A DNA stretch of 64,000 bases from Octopus vulgaris (taxonomy: Eukaryota): NCBI GenBank assembly GCA_951406725.2, contig OX597825.1, forward strand, positions 84,010,001 through 84,074,000. The letters run 5' to 3'. The translations under genes and the position numbers were made by a program. Positions 13,745 through 26,549 of the stretch are shown here, piece by piece. The notes below the pieces were generated by a model. That model was not told the DNA's origin, ran no database searches, and saw nothing but the letters and a program-made list of their open reading frames with translations. Numbering within the stretch: the first letter of the stretch is position 1; each line of letters begins with the position of its first letter.

Positions 13745-14460
13745 CTGAAATGGAAGAACGAGACATCTACTAATTACTTTAAGAAGTCAAAGAAAGTTTT
13801 CCAACATTTTCTCCATTGCCAACCTACATTTCAAAAATTCTGCAGCTGTTGTGGTTATTATTATTATTATTATTATTATTGAGTGAGAGAGCAGTGCATG
13901 CCATCAAAGTGACACTGAGGTAAAATATACGAAGCCCAGTATACCTATCATGACTACCCGTCTGATAAGGGTACACCAGGCACATGCATCACAACCATAT
14001 GTGCGAGACATGGTGATCTTATATCAAGATTAACAGTGCATGACCTTGCAGGTGGGGCCCAGTTAGAATTTTCTTCTGGTCGAGTAACCCATCCCGCTCA
14101 AAAGGTCCCTGAATAAGGTTTGTTTAAGGACGTTGAACGAAACCCCCATGTTTCCAAAGGTGAATTATTCAAACCCCAAAGAATCCCTCTCAACACACGG
14201 CTATGATGCTCCGCCGCTACTTCTGCTCGTGATCAGAGATGCACATATCGTCAGCCACTAAGGGACATGCTCAACTGGTTAAGGTCAAACAACTAACAAG
14301 CAAATCTGTGGTATTGAGCAGAATATTTGCAGTAGCCCATCTTTTATACCAAGACAAAACAATGTACATGATAACACTTCCAATCAGTTAAGATCAGAAG
14401 CCATGAGAGCCACTGCCTGGTACTGCATCAGGGCATTTATTATTATTATTATTATTATTA

Positions 14461-14491
<31 letters not shown>

Positions 14492-16222
14492 CATTATTAT
14501 TATTATCAGCATGAAAAGGAAGATGAGAGTAGAGAGGGAAGTGCTGTCTCGTAGCAAATTCATTGAAAGGTGGGTGAATGTCGGAAGAATGGCCAGTATT
14601 TAACGGACCAATTCTGAGGTTACCCCTGTAACAAAAGAGGTAAATATAAAAGGAGAAAGGGGCTCTCTACCCACCTTTTGACCAGGCTCCCATGGGTTTT
14701 ATGAGTTTTTCCACGAGTAACCTTTCGAAGCGCCTTCCCCTATTGGGAGTTTTAATTGTTACTTATTTTCGCATTTGTACATGGACTTTTCAAACGGACA
14801 AAACCCTTTTTCTAACTTTCGTCCTGTATTTTGTCCTTACATGTTTTATCTGATTTTTGTAAGCCCTTGTGGCCAATAAACGAGAATTAATTATTATTAT
14901 CACTATTATTATTAAGTTGGTAAGCTGGCACAATCATAAGCACGCCAAGAAAAATGCTTAGCGATGTTTCATCTGTCTTCACGTTCTAAGTTCAAATTCT
15001 ACCAAGGTCGACTTTGCCTTTTGTCCTTTTGGGGTCAATAAATTAAGTACCAGTGACACACTGGGGGTCAATGCAATCGACTCATCCCCTCTTCCAAATC
15101 GGCTGACCTTGTGGCAAAATTTGAAACCATTATTATTATTATTATTATTATTATGCTAGCATGGGTTGGACGGTTCGACCAGGGATCTGGGAAGCCAGAA
15201 GGCCGCAACAGGCTCCAGTTTGATCTTGTAGAAACACTGCCAGATCAGACTGGAGCTTGGTGCAGCCTTCTGGCTTCCCAGATCCCCGGTTGAACCGTCC
15301 AATCCATGCTAGCGTGGAGAACGGACGTTAAACGATGATGATGAGGACGACGATTAAGCATGTTCAACAGGGTCAATGAAATAAACCCCAGTTAAGTGCT
15401 GGGGCCAATGTAATCGACTTGTCCCCATCCTGCAAAATTTTGTGCCTTTAGTAGAAAGAATTCATAATGATTTAGCAGCATGTTTTCCATGCTGGCATGG
15501 GTTAGACACAAAATTCAGAATTACGTAAACAATAACCTGTCCATTGGTCCTTAATTCCATCCAGCAGACTTGAACGTCGGCGTCACAAAATCCCTTTGCA
15601 CTGGTGAGTCGCATGTTTTCCATTGATGAAAATCAACAGCGTCCAGATATTCACGTTCGTATCGACCAGAACGCCATGTTTGGATTCTCACAGTTCTACG
15701 GGCACTGAATGAAGGATTACCAGAGTTATGTCCCTTACATAAAGTCGACAAGATAAGCTTGGAGAAGGCGCTACTTCACCCAATGAAACCTCAACGTGAT
15801 CGCCTAACCTTCTAGAAATAGCAGCCAAATCTCCAAATCTCCCTTGCATACCATCATTTTTCCATAATAGTTATTTAGTTTGTACATCTTGATGGTTTTA
15901 TATGTTAAACACTCACCAACAAGTGTGTGTGTGTGTGTGTGTGCGTGTGTAGCTACCCAAATGACAGACTTTTATTCAGTACCTAACAAAGAAATTCATT
16001 CGTAAGGCATTGGTCAGCAAAAGGCTACAGCAGAGAATGCCCAATGTCCACCACACAATAATAGTAGAAAGAATTTTAATCAGGCCCAGTCGGGGCTTCG
16101 AGTTTAAGGAGCTGCTTTGCAGTCACGTGGTTTGAGTTCAGTTATACTGAGTGGCTCTTTGGGCAAGTTCCTTGTGAGAGAATTTGGTAGACAGAAACTG
16201 AATGGAAGCCCATTCATCATCA

Positions 16223-16742
16223 TCATCGTTTAACGTCCGCTTTCCATACTAGCATGGGTTGGACGATTGACTGAGGGCTGGCGAGCCAAATGGCTGCACC
16301 AGGCCTCAATCTTGATCTGACAGAGTTTCTACAGCTGGATGCCCTTCCTAACGCCAACCACTCCGAGAGTGTAGTGGGTGCTTTTACGTGCCACCAGCAC
16401 GGGGGCCAGTCAGGCAGTACTGGCAACGACCTCCCACGAATCTTTTTACACATGCCACTGGCACAAGTGCCAGTAAGGCGATGCTGGTAACGATCATGCT
16501 CGAATGGTGTCTTTTACGTGCCACCGGCATGGAGGCCAGATAGCCACTCTGGCCACGATCATGCTCGGATGGTGCTCTTAATACTCTACAACACAAGGCT
16601 CGAGTGCCAGTAAGGTGACGCTGGTAACGATCACGCTCGAATGGTGCCTTTTAAGTGCCACTGGCCCGGAAGCCGGTTAGACGCTCTGTCAATGATCACA
16701 CTCGTATGGTGCTCTTTGCACCCTGCTAGCACGGGCGCCAGT
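16223..16742 (-). mobile_element. Abundant (GAT)n-tailed retroposon with internal ~45-bp 'tgccac..gcac' repeats (copies near 3385, 5510, 7330, 10727, 12078, 29725, 34795, 40147, 44347, 46125)
   Basis: Shared ggaagggcatccagctgtag...ccaacccatgctagcatggaaagcggacgttaaacgatgatg end in many dispersed copies. Confidence 0.85.
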
Positions 16743-17132
16743 CATAGACACACACACAGATAGATAGATAGACAGATGTTTGGAAGGACATCCAGCTGTA
16801 AAAGCCTCACAAAAACAGTGAAGCCGGGTGCAGTCTCCTGCTAAACTGTCCAACCCATGCCACCATGGAAAAACATGTTAAATGATGATGATGATGATGA
16901 TATACATGTGTGTGTGTGTGTGTCCTTCACCACTTGACAACCTGTGTTGCTTTGTTTATGTCCCTGTAACAACCTGACTGGTTCAGCAAAAGACCAGCAG
17001 CCCCTGAGACAAAAAAGGTGCAGAGCTTGATATGTTTGACTAAAACCCTTCAAAGCAGTGCCCCATCATGGCCACAGCCCAATGACTGAAACAAGCAAAA
17101 GATAATTTAAATAACGAAAGATGGACCCTTAC

Positions 17133-17279
17133 CTTTCATATCAGCAGAAGGCTTTTTCTTCTCCTCCTTTTTAGGGGTACTGGAAGTTTTAGAAGCTGTT
17201 ACATTGCTGCTGCTGCTGCTGCCGCCGGTGCTGCTAGTGCCTGACCGTTTCCTTTTATTTTGGGGATTATTGAAGAAGT
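17133..17279 (-). CDS. LIG3: LIG3 coding exon 2 (low-complexity Ser/Lys linker DFFNNPQNKRKRSGT...KKEEKKKPSADMK)
   Basis: tttcag acceptor and gtaag donor; 147 nt, phase 1-1, open frame joining exons 1 and 3. Confidence 0.85.
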
Positions 17280-18458
17280 CTGAAACATAAAAAAAGAAGA
17301 AATAAATCTAGAATGTAATTTATATTATTAAAGAAAATAAACGGTTTCAGGCACAGCCCCACTGCAAGGCACCCTTGGACGAGTGTCTTCTACTAGGACC
17401 CTGTGCTGATCAAAGCCTTGTGAGTGGATTCGGTGGACAGAAATTGTATGAAACCTATCACATGTGAATGTATGGATTTGGCATTAGGAAGGGCATCCAG
17501 CCATAAGAACCATGCCAAATCAGACTGCAGACCCCTGGCTTGCCAAGTCTGGTCACACCATCCAACCCATGTTAGCCTGGACAATGGACGCTAGATGATG
17601 ATGATGATAATGATGACAGTATATATATATATATAAATCAATAAATGGTGGGGTTGTGTTGACCGCACGTGGAGAAATGATAGGCAAGGAAAAATTATAA
17701 AAAGGCAAAATGCTAAATTGAAGGAAAATTTTAATGAAAATGGTGTAAGGAAAATTTTAAAAAATTTTTTTTTTTAAATATATATATTAATTCAAAGCGG
17801 TTTTCGTCGCAATGCGACTTTTCAAGAATTGTAAGGTGTATGTGCTTTCGATGCAGATGGTGTTATTGTACAGCACCAGGTTTTACAAATATGTAGGGTT
17901 ATATAAATACCATTATTATTATTTACAGGATTGTAAAACCCGGCGCCGTATAATAAAACCATTTGCTCTGAAAGCACGTAGAAAGTTTGTTTAAAAAGAA
18001 CAACTATGAACTAATAGAGGTTCTTAAATTTGACAGAAACAGGGAGGCTAATTCACTGGTGTAATGGTAACACACTTAGCCGCATTAATAAAGGGATGTG
18101 GGTTTGAGTACCACGCGGATGGTTGTGATGCATGTGCCTGGGTACCCTTAATAGACGGGTAGTCATGATGGGTATATTGGGCTTCGTATATTTTACCCCA
18201 GTGTCACTTTGATGGCATGCACTGCCCTCTCATTCAATAATAATAATAATAATGTTGATGATGATGATGATGATGATGGTGGAATAGCTTCCTGTCTAAA
18301 CTCAGCCAGTTTGTACAAACAGACGTTAAACAAACTGGTGTTTTACTAAACAACAACAAAACCCTCATCAAACCTAAATGTTAACTGGAATGGTTAAGAA
18401 GTCGTGTTCATCGAAAGGGTGTCAGTGAAGGGTTAAAAAATTATGTCATAAAAAGTAC

Positions 18459-18930
18459 CTTTAATTAAGTCGTTAACAGCATCCTTATCGTCTTGTTGCA
18501 AATCTTGAAATCCATCCAGGTCTTCAGCTTCTTCGATAATCTTGGTGGTAGGCCTTGCTCGAAGAAATGTTTCAAAGATACAAGAGGGATGGTACCATTG
18601 CTTCATGTCGCCTCCATCATCAGAGAAAGGATTCGGTACCACTTTACCAATCCTCAAAGCAGCCTTTTCAATTTTGGTCTTGCATTTCTTGCAGCTGGAT
18701 GTGCCCAGCTTGGCATACACCACAATGAATCTGTTCTCGGCCATTATTCGTGAAGGCAGAAGCTGGAGAGGAATGGAATTCAAATCCAAAGAGCTAAGCA
18801 AAGGATTGAGGTAAAAAGCTGCTGCACGGTAAAATGGAAACCCCTGCCTCGTAAAAGCAAAGGGGCTGCGGTAAAGTTTGTTTGTTAGAATCCTAGAGAA
18901 CAAAACTGGCAGAAATACTTGCTGTAACAT
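18459..18930 (-). CDS. LIG3: DNA ligase III, first coding exon: putative mitochondrial presequence (MLQQVF...) plus PARP-type zinc finger (MAENRF...YAKLGTSSCKKCK...WYHPSC)
   Basis: Translation matches the LIG3 zinc finger as I recall it (MAEQRF..YAKRGTAGCKKCKEKI..RIGKVVPNPF..MKEWYHIKC). Acceptor ttgcag ends just before 18943; donor G|gtac at 18459, phase 1. Confidence 0.95.
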
Positions 18931-19179
18931 CAAGCATTTTAACCTGCAACGAGAGCAAAAAAAAATAATAAATAGATACATGAATAAAAAAATAAATAAG
19001 GGGCAGGAGTGGCTGTGAGGTAAGATGCTTGCTTCCCAAACACATGGTTTGAGGTTCAGTCCCACTGTGTGGCACCTTGGACAAGTGTCTTCTACTATAA
19101 CCTCGGTTCGACCAAAGCCTTGTAAGAGGATTTGCTAGACGGAAACTGAATAAAGCCTGTCATGTGTGTGTGTAGTAGA

Positions 19180-20650
19180 CCATTATAGACTGGATGAACT
19201 GCTCGTTTTATAGTGGGCGTGGACTAATAACATGAATAAGTCTATTTTAATTTGTAAAACCTTCCATGCCCAGGTTAAGGAGTTAGTGCAGAGGGCATTA
19301 ACTGGTGCCATTATTAATAATAGGTGGTGGTGTGCCCTCAAACGAGCTATTCGTTCTGAGTCTATTAGATTTAGCAAACAGTTAAGTCTAGATAAGACTA
19401 GAATAGAAGGGGCTTTAACTAAGGAATTAGATGAAACCATGGAGTCTGGTTCTGCATCCAGAGTGGTGGCAGCAAAAGCAGTTTTATACCTACATCTCAA
19501 AGCCAAACACAAAGGGTGTAGAGTCAGAGCTAAACTTCATGCGGTGGGAGAGAGAGTATTAACATTGCTGGATGGGCACATTGTGTAGAGAGGCAGAGAA
19601 GCCTCTATCGAGTCTTTAATGGACGAACATGGGTGTTCAATGGAAGGATAGGAGGCGATGCAAAAGGCTTTTCACGCATTTTGCTCAGTTGCTCAGGGAG
19701 CGTGGCAGGCTGGACTGTGGGGAGCCCATCACTGGCAGGCCACGACTCTCAGCACGGGAGGCGGAATGCTCTGAAAGACCGATTACGACTGCGGAGTTCA
19801 AAAAGGTGCTGGCTGAGTGCACCAGGGACACATTGCCAGGGTTGGATGGTCTGCCCTATGAATTTTATTGCAGTATACTGGACTTGTTTGGGCACTTAAT
19901 GGCCTGCATCTACACCAACTAGCAGCAGAATGGAAGGATCCCCAGCTCTGTGAGTTAGGGAGTGAAGACCCAAGCAAGGGGGACTATATTAGTAATTTTA
20001 GGCCCATAATCTACCTAACGTAGAGTTAAAGATTTTGGCCAAGGTGCTAGCTAAGAGGTTGGCATGTGTCATGGAGAAACTTGTTTAGAAGGCGCAGACA
20101 TGCGCCATCCCAGGCAGGTTGATCCAGGACAATTTCCATCTCTTGTGCTACACCTTAGAGAGGGTAGATCATTAGTATCTGCGGCAGTCTTTGAGGCAGC
20201 TGGGCTAGGCCCAGGTTTCCGTAGTTGGATCACTGCCATTTATGGCGGCATTAAATGTACAGTCCAGATGAACGGTTACCTGTCGGTGCCATTTAGCATC
20301 GAGCGCTCGGTTCATCAGGGGTGCCCCCTGTCTCCGCTTCTATATGCACTGGCTCTTGAGTCATTTCTACGGAGGCTGGAGAGTTTGTGGGGGGCATCCC
20401 CAATGAACTAAGATGTGGTAAGTCTGTTTCTGCGTATGCAGATGACATCACCATCACCGTGTCTGATGAAGCTCAGCTACCTTGTGTAGAGGAGGCTATC
20501 AAATGATACGAGGCAGTGGCAGGGGCAAACATTAACAAGCCCAAGTCCATTAGCTTGCAGCTCGGCACCTGGAAAGGCAAGGCGATACTGTCTAGTGTCG
20601 TGGGGCACTGGATGGAAAGTCCTGTTAAGTTGCTTGGAGTTTAGTTCGGA
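19180..20650 (+). mobile_element. Degenerate Tx1/L1-clade LINE ORF2 (reverse transcriptase) fragment
   Basis: PGLDGLPYEFY, SVHQGCPLSPLLYALALE and SAYADDITI motifs, interrupted by stops. Confidence 0.88.
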
Positions 20651-21357
20651 CTGGTTACACTACTTCAGATATCATCTGAAGAGCATGATAGGGCTGGAGA
20701 AAAGACGCCTGTTGCGAGGTGTATACGGGAAAAGATGGAAGGATGAGGGATGAAAGTTGGGAGTGAATGATTCTGCTTAATTTGAACCGTAGGACTTCAC
20801 AGCCAAGGTTTTAAATACATCATCATATTTTTAAAACTCATTTATGAACCCATGAACACTTTTTGTTTGTGATGTCCTGTGTTGTCCTCTCTATGTCCAA
20901 TAAATATTATCATAATGAAGAATACATCCCTAGTAGATGAGGTATCCAGTAGTGAAGAGTGGCAGAAATAGCCCAAAACCAGGACCAGTCTGCTGGTCCC
21001 ATCGCTAGACGGTGGTGAGGGTTCGTTCCCCTGCCCACAATTTATTGGATGCAACTCTGCATTGTTAACCAGCTAGAGGAGATATCCTCTTGGGGTTAAA
21101 AAATCACAGTAGAGTCCGTCCGAAAGGTGGCTACGTATATAACTTGTTATATATTGTATACATATATATATATATAAAAGTATATAATAACAATAAGGAG
21201 TATGGAGACTTGTACATCCACAAAATTTATTTTATTGCTATATAAGAGCATATTACAATGAGTGACTAACAAAGTATTACAAACACAGACATTGGATACT
21301 GACCGTTGCAGTTCCAGTCGACATCTGGAACCCAACTCATAAGATATCCCTCCTAAT

Positions 21358-21401
<44 letters not shown>

Positions 21402-21403
<2 letters not shown>

Positions 21404-21801
21404 ATCTTTTCGGTTGAACGGCAGTTTTTTCTAGCAGTGTCATATAAAATTGTCACCCATAATTATGACCCTAGTATCGATCTATTGCATTTCAATCTGT
21501 TTTAGGGTTAGGGGTGGGGGGAAGGGTATCTTTTTTTCTTCAGAAATGTAAATAAACCCAATATGTTTCTTAAACGAGGGGCATATTCATACGGCACAGA
21601 ATGTTTTCACCTTAATAGACGTCATTGATTGGTTGAAATTGCAGAAAAAAAAACAACAAATATCTTACAAACTATAGAATTTTCTCAATAAAGCCAAGAG
21701 AAAAAGATGTTTCATAAACACATTCTACCAGTATACGAAGTTTAACATTTTTTAGTTACGTGGAAATTATTTTACAACTGCCGTTCAAACCGAAAAGATC
21801 C
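21402..21801. mobile_element. MITE inserted in a (TA)n tract
   Basis: TIRs ggatcttttcggttgaacggcagtt / aactgccgttcaaaccgaaaagatcc. Confidence 0.8.
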
Positions 21802-21806
21802 TATAC

Positions 21807-21851
<45 letters not shown>

Positions 21852-22362
21852 CACACACTCTAAAAATATATAATATGCACAGAGAAATGCACACATATAT
21901 ACAAATAAGCCCTTACAAACAGAACCTAAATCATCGTCTGTTTTAAAACCATGGAAGAAGTATCTCCGCAAAATTTCATTTGGAAACAAAATGAATTCTT
22001 ATTATTAAATCGGGAGTCAAAAAAATCAAACTAGTTATGCTCGTATTTTTTACAAGTTTTACTCTTTCTGTTGGCACCTACTCGAGATCCTGGGCTGGAT
22101 AATAAATAACTGGAATCCTGTGATGGCGGTGTTAGTAATTATACACACATGCACGTGTCAATACCAAAACATGGAAACGGACCCACGTCACAGACTTCGG
22201 TATTTCACCAGGACTAAACATTTCCATTGCTTGTCCGTTTTACATATATACACACACCTGTGTTTATGGCTGAGTTCTAACACCTTTTTAATTAAAATGG
22301 AAACGCAATAATGCAAAATGAAAGTATTTCACAAGGAACACCTGAAAAAAAAAAACCTGACA

Positions 22363-22424
<62 letters not shown>

Positions 22425-22657
22425 GGTACTACTTAAGAAGAGGGGTCCCGGTGCGCGCACTCGCATACTCGCCCCAGCTAGTCGTGACTAGCCGATCCTA
22501 CAGCGACTACCTAGCAAAGTAAATAAAACACAAAATCATTTTTTTCACAACGTAAATAAAACACAAAAACGCAAAGTAAAGATCGACTAGTCACGACTAG
22601 CTAGCGCGAGTACGCGAGTGCGCGCACCGGGACCTATATAATATATATAGTAGTACC
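22425..22657. mobile_element. Second copy of the same MULE-like MITE, 9-bp TSD tatataata
   Basis: Same TIRs; part of the right TIR is replaced by TA-rich sequence. Confidence 0.8.
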
Positions 22658-23500
22658 TATATAATATATATATATATTATATCAATCACACATGCACGAG
22701 TTTTACCCCCGCCATATATATATATATACATATACACACATTCATACACATGTGTGGGTTTGTAAACAGCAGTTATTTCGATGTTTCGAATCTAGGATTT
22801 AGTATCATTATTTTTTGCTATTTCCGTTCACTCGTTAATTAATAAATAAACATTATATTGCTGTTTGAAGAAGAAGGTGCTATGGGAATCCACGGAACCC
22901 CCCAAAACACATCCGTGCTGCCTAAATAAGATCCACCCTACCAAATCACTATGTCTCTTGTAAGGAAGCAACCATTTTTACCAGGCAAAACTAATTTTCG
23001 ATTTCTCAGTTCTAATAAAGCTTCCCTTTTAATTAATAAGTCTAATTAGAAAAGAAAAAAATTAAATCACAAATATAAATTTGCCAGAAATAGCAGCCAA
23101 ATCTCCCTTAAATCACACATCAGCTTAAGGTAATAAAAAGAGGAATGGTTCATTAAAGTACCGTACTATAGTCCAAGATATATATAATAATGAAATTGTT
23201 GTGTGGTCCAAGTTTGATCGCCTTTGATCATGGGTTTGTGTACTTCCCGAGATTGGCCAGGGGTTTAATAATACCAACAAGAAAAGAAAAAACTAACAAA
23301 ACAAGATTTCAACTCTTTTACACTAAACTATTTACGCTTACTTTCCAATAATTTCTAACCAAACATTAAACCTTCATTTACAAAAAAGATCGCTACTAAA
23401 TTTATTTACAAACAACATTAGGTTATTTAAAATTAAAACCCGAATAACTTGGCAAATAAATTATATATGCAAACATGTATATACATACATACACATATAT

Positions 23501-23540
<40 letters not shown>

Positions 23541-23689
23541 TGTAACGATTGTACTACACTACCTATGGATATCCTTGTTGCTTATTTTGATTATAATTAC
23601 CCCATTTGATTTATATGGATAATACCAAACTAAATTCTGGTGCCCTTAACTTAAGTACCATATTCATCTGAATCTAAATTTTTGCTGAA

Positions 23690-24235
<546 letters not shown>

Positions 24236-24710
24236 TATAGTTTGTTCTGTATTAGGGTCCAAGGCACAGTTTTAAAACCAAATTATAACTCCAAACGAAA
24301 TATTACTTACGTTTTGAAGAATTCAACTTAAAATGGACCACCATGCCTTGTATTGTTTATAATAGGGAACACTTGGTGAACGTTACTATATACATACATG
24401 TATGTATATACATATATTTGTGTATATATCTATAAATATGTGTGTGTGGGTGCGTGTTACAACATGTTTATTTATGTCGTGTAATGTACAACAGAGGCAA
24501 GGGGAGACAAGTCTGTCCTGCTTTCATTCATTCATTGGTTTATTATTATAAGTGATGTTATTGAAGCAGGTGCGTCGGCAGAGAGGGTGGAGCGCTGGTT
24601 AATAGTATCCTCTGATATTAGTTCCGGCTCCTAACACTCTTGGGCGCAGGTTACATTCCAGATCATGCTTGTCAACACCGCATTCTGATATCGATTAGTT
24701 TTGGTCCTCG

Positions 24711-25311
24711 AAGGCGGCGAGCTGGCAGAACCGTTAGCACGCCGGGCGAAACGGCGTAGCCGTATTTCGTCTGTCGTTACGTTCTGAGTTCAAATTCCGC
24801 CGAGGTCGACTTTGCCTTTCATCCTATCGGAGTTGATTAAATAAGTACCAGTTACGCACTGGGGCGATATAATGACTTAATCCGTTTGTCTGTCCTTGTT
24901 TGTCCTTTCTGTGTTTAGCCCCTTGTTGGTAGTAAAGAAATAGTTATTTCGCCTGTCGCTACGTTCTGAGTTCAAATTCCGCCGAGGTCGACTTTGCCTT
25001 TCATCCTTTCGGGGTTGATTAAATAAGTACCAGTTACGCTCTGTGGTCGATATAATCGACTTAATCCGTTTGTCTGTTCTTGTTTGTCCTTTCTGTGTTT
25101 AGCCCCTTGTAGGTAGTAAAGAAATAGGTATTTCGCCTGTCGCTACGTTCTGAGTTCAAATTCCGCCTAGGTCGACTTTGCCTTTCATCCTTTCGGGGTT
25201 GATTAAATATGTACCAGTTACGCTCTGTGGTCGATATAATCGACTTAATCTGTTTCTCTGTCCTTGTTTGTCCCCTCCGCGTGTAGCCCCTTGTGGGCAA
25301 TAAAGAAATAG
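24711..25311 (+). mobile_element. SINE family B, head-to-tail triple array (others at 8515-8930, 9620-10015, 30870-31088, 46965-47180, 54978-55143)
   Basis: Three repeats of gagttcaaattccgccgaggtcgactttgcctttcatcc...tagccccttgtgggcaataaagaaata. Confidence 0.85.
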
Positions 25312-25732
25312 GTATGATAAGAAAGAGGAAATTTTACGCCCCTACCACACCTGTAGTAAAGAGCTGGTGTCCTCTTCATGACCCCGTTTGCTTCGTCATC
25401 ATCGTGTATCATACGCCTGCATCGCATTGATGGCATGGCAACGAAAGTCTTCCCCATTAAGCGTCACTTCTCCAGCTGCCTTCTCCCTTTTTGTCCAACC
25501 AGCTTCTGATATATCGTCCATGCATTTGCGTTCTTCGCCAAACTCTTCATCCACGACATTCTTGTCTTCTTTCTTCGAATAAAACCATAGCAGAATAGCT
25601 TTTTTTTTCTAGTTATTTAAATTCACCCCTATAAATCCTGCAAATTGCCACTCTTTTACGAACACTTTTTTTAGAAATCGGAGTTTAAAATACGAACAGT
25701 CAGAATTTTTCCTAAAATCCTAACAACTTTTG

Positions 25733-25962
25733 GGTACTACTTAAGAAGAGTGGTCCCGGTGCGCGCACTCGCGCATCCGCACTAGCTAGTCGTGACTAGT
25801 CGAACCTACAACGACTACCTAGCAAAGTAAAAAAATTTGTTTAATTTTTTTAAACAAAGCAAATAGAACACAAAAACACAAAGTAAGGATCGACTAGTCA
25901 CGACTAGCTAGCGCGAGTATACGCGAGTGCGCGCACCGGGACCACTCTTCTTAAGGAGTACC
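25733..25962. mobile_element. Mutator-like (MULE) MITE with 9-bp TSD caacttttg
   Basis: About 70-bp imperfect TIRs starting GGTACT; 9-bp direct repeats at 25724-25732 and 25963-25971. Confidence 0.85.
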
Positions 25963-26160
25963 CAACTTTTGGGTGCATCATCATTCTATTAAGTGTGTTT
26001 ATGGGGAGAAAAATATTGTAAAACATCAATAAATGCCAGTGACAAAGAGACGAAGGCGGTATCAGATGGTTGTGGAATGTGCTAAAAACAACAGCTAAAG
26101 CGCCCTTAAATCACACTTATATATATAGTCGTGTGAATTCTGGTGTGTAGAACACTAAGT

Positions 26161-26549
26161 GTGGAGGCGCAATGGCCCAGTGGTTAGGGCAGCGGACTCG
26201 CGGTCGTAGGATCGCGGTTTCGATTCCCAGACCGGGCGTTGTGAGTGTTTATTGAGCGAAAACACCTAAAGCTCCACGAGGCTCCGGCAGGAGATGGTGG
26301 TGATCCCTGCTGTACTCTCTCACCACAACTTTCTCTCACTCTTACTTCCTGTTTCTGTTGTACCTGTATTTCAAAGGGCCGGCCTTGTCACTCTCTGTGT
26401 CACGCTGAATATCCCCGAGAACTACGTTGAGGGTACACGTGTCTGTGGAGTGCTCAGCCACTTACACGTTAATTTCACGAGCAGGCTGTTCCGTTGATCG
26501 GATCAACCGGAACCCTCATTGTCGTAACCGACGGAGTGCTTCCATTCCA
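26161..26549 (+). mobile_element. tRNA(Arg)-derived SINE (truncated copy at 11325-11520)
   Basis: tRNA-like head ggcgcaatggcccagtggttagggcagcggactcgcggtcgtaggatcgcggtttcgattccc followed by a non-tRNA body. Confidence 0.75.

Noticed and set aside
15551-15751. 66-aa minus-strand ORF within a LIG3 intron as an extra exon
   Set aside because: Ends in a stop, has no LIG3 similarity, and exons 2 and 3 already join in phase.
25340-25590. Possible exon or Harbinger transposase fragment on the minus strand (RKKTRMSWMKSLAKNANAWTIYQKL)
   Set aside because: Short, all frames close quickly, no convincing motif or splice partner.
26161-26235. tRNA-Arg gene
   Set aside because: Stems are imperfect and it runs into a repeat body shared with 11325, so it is a SINE head.
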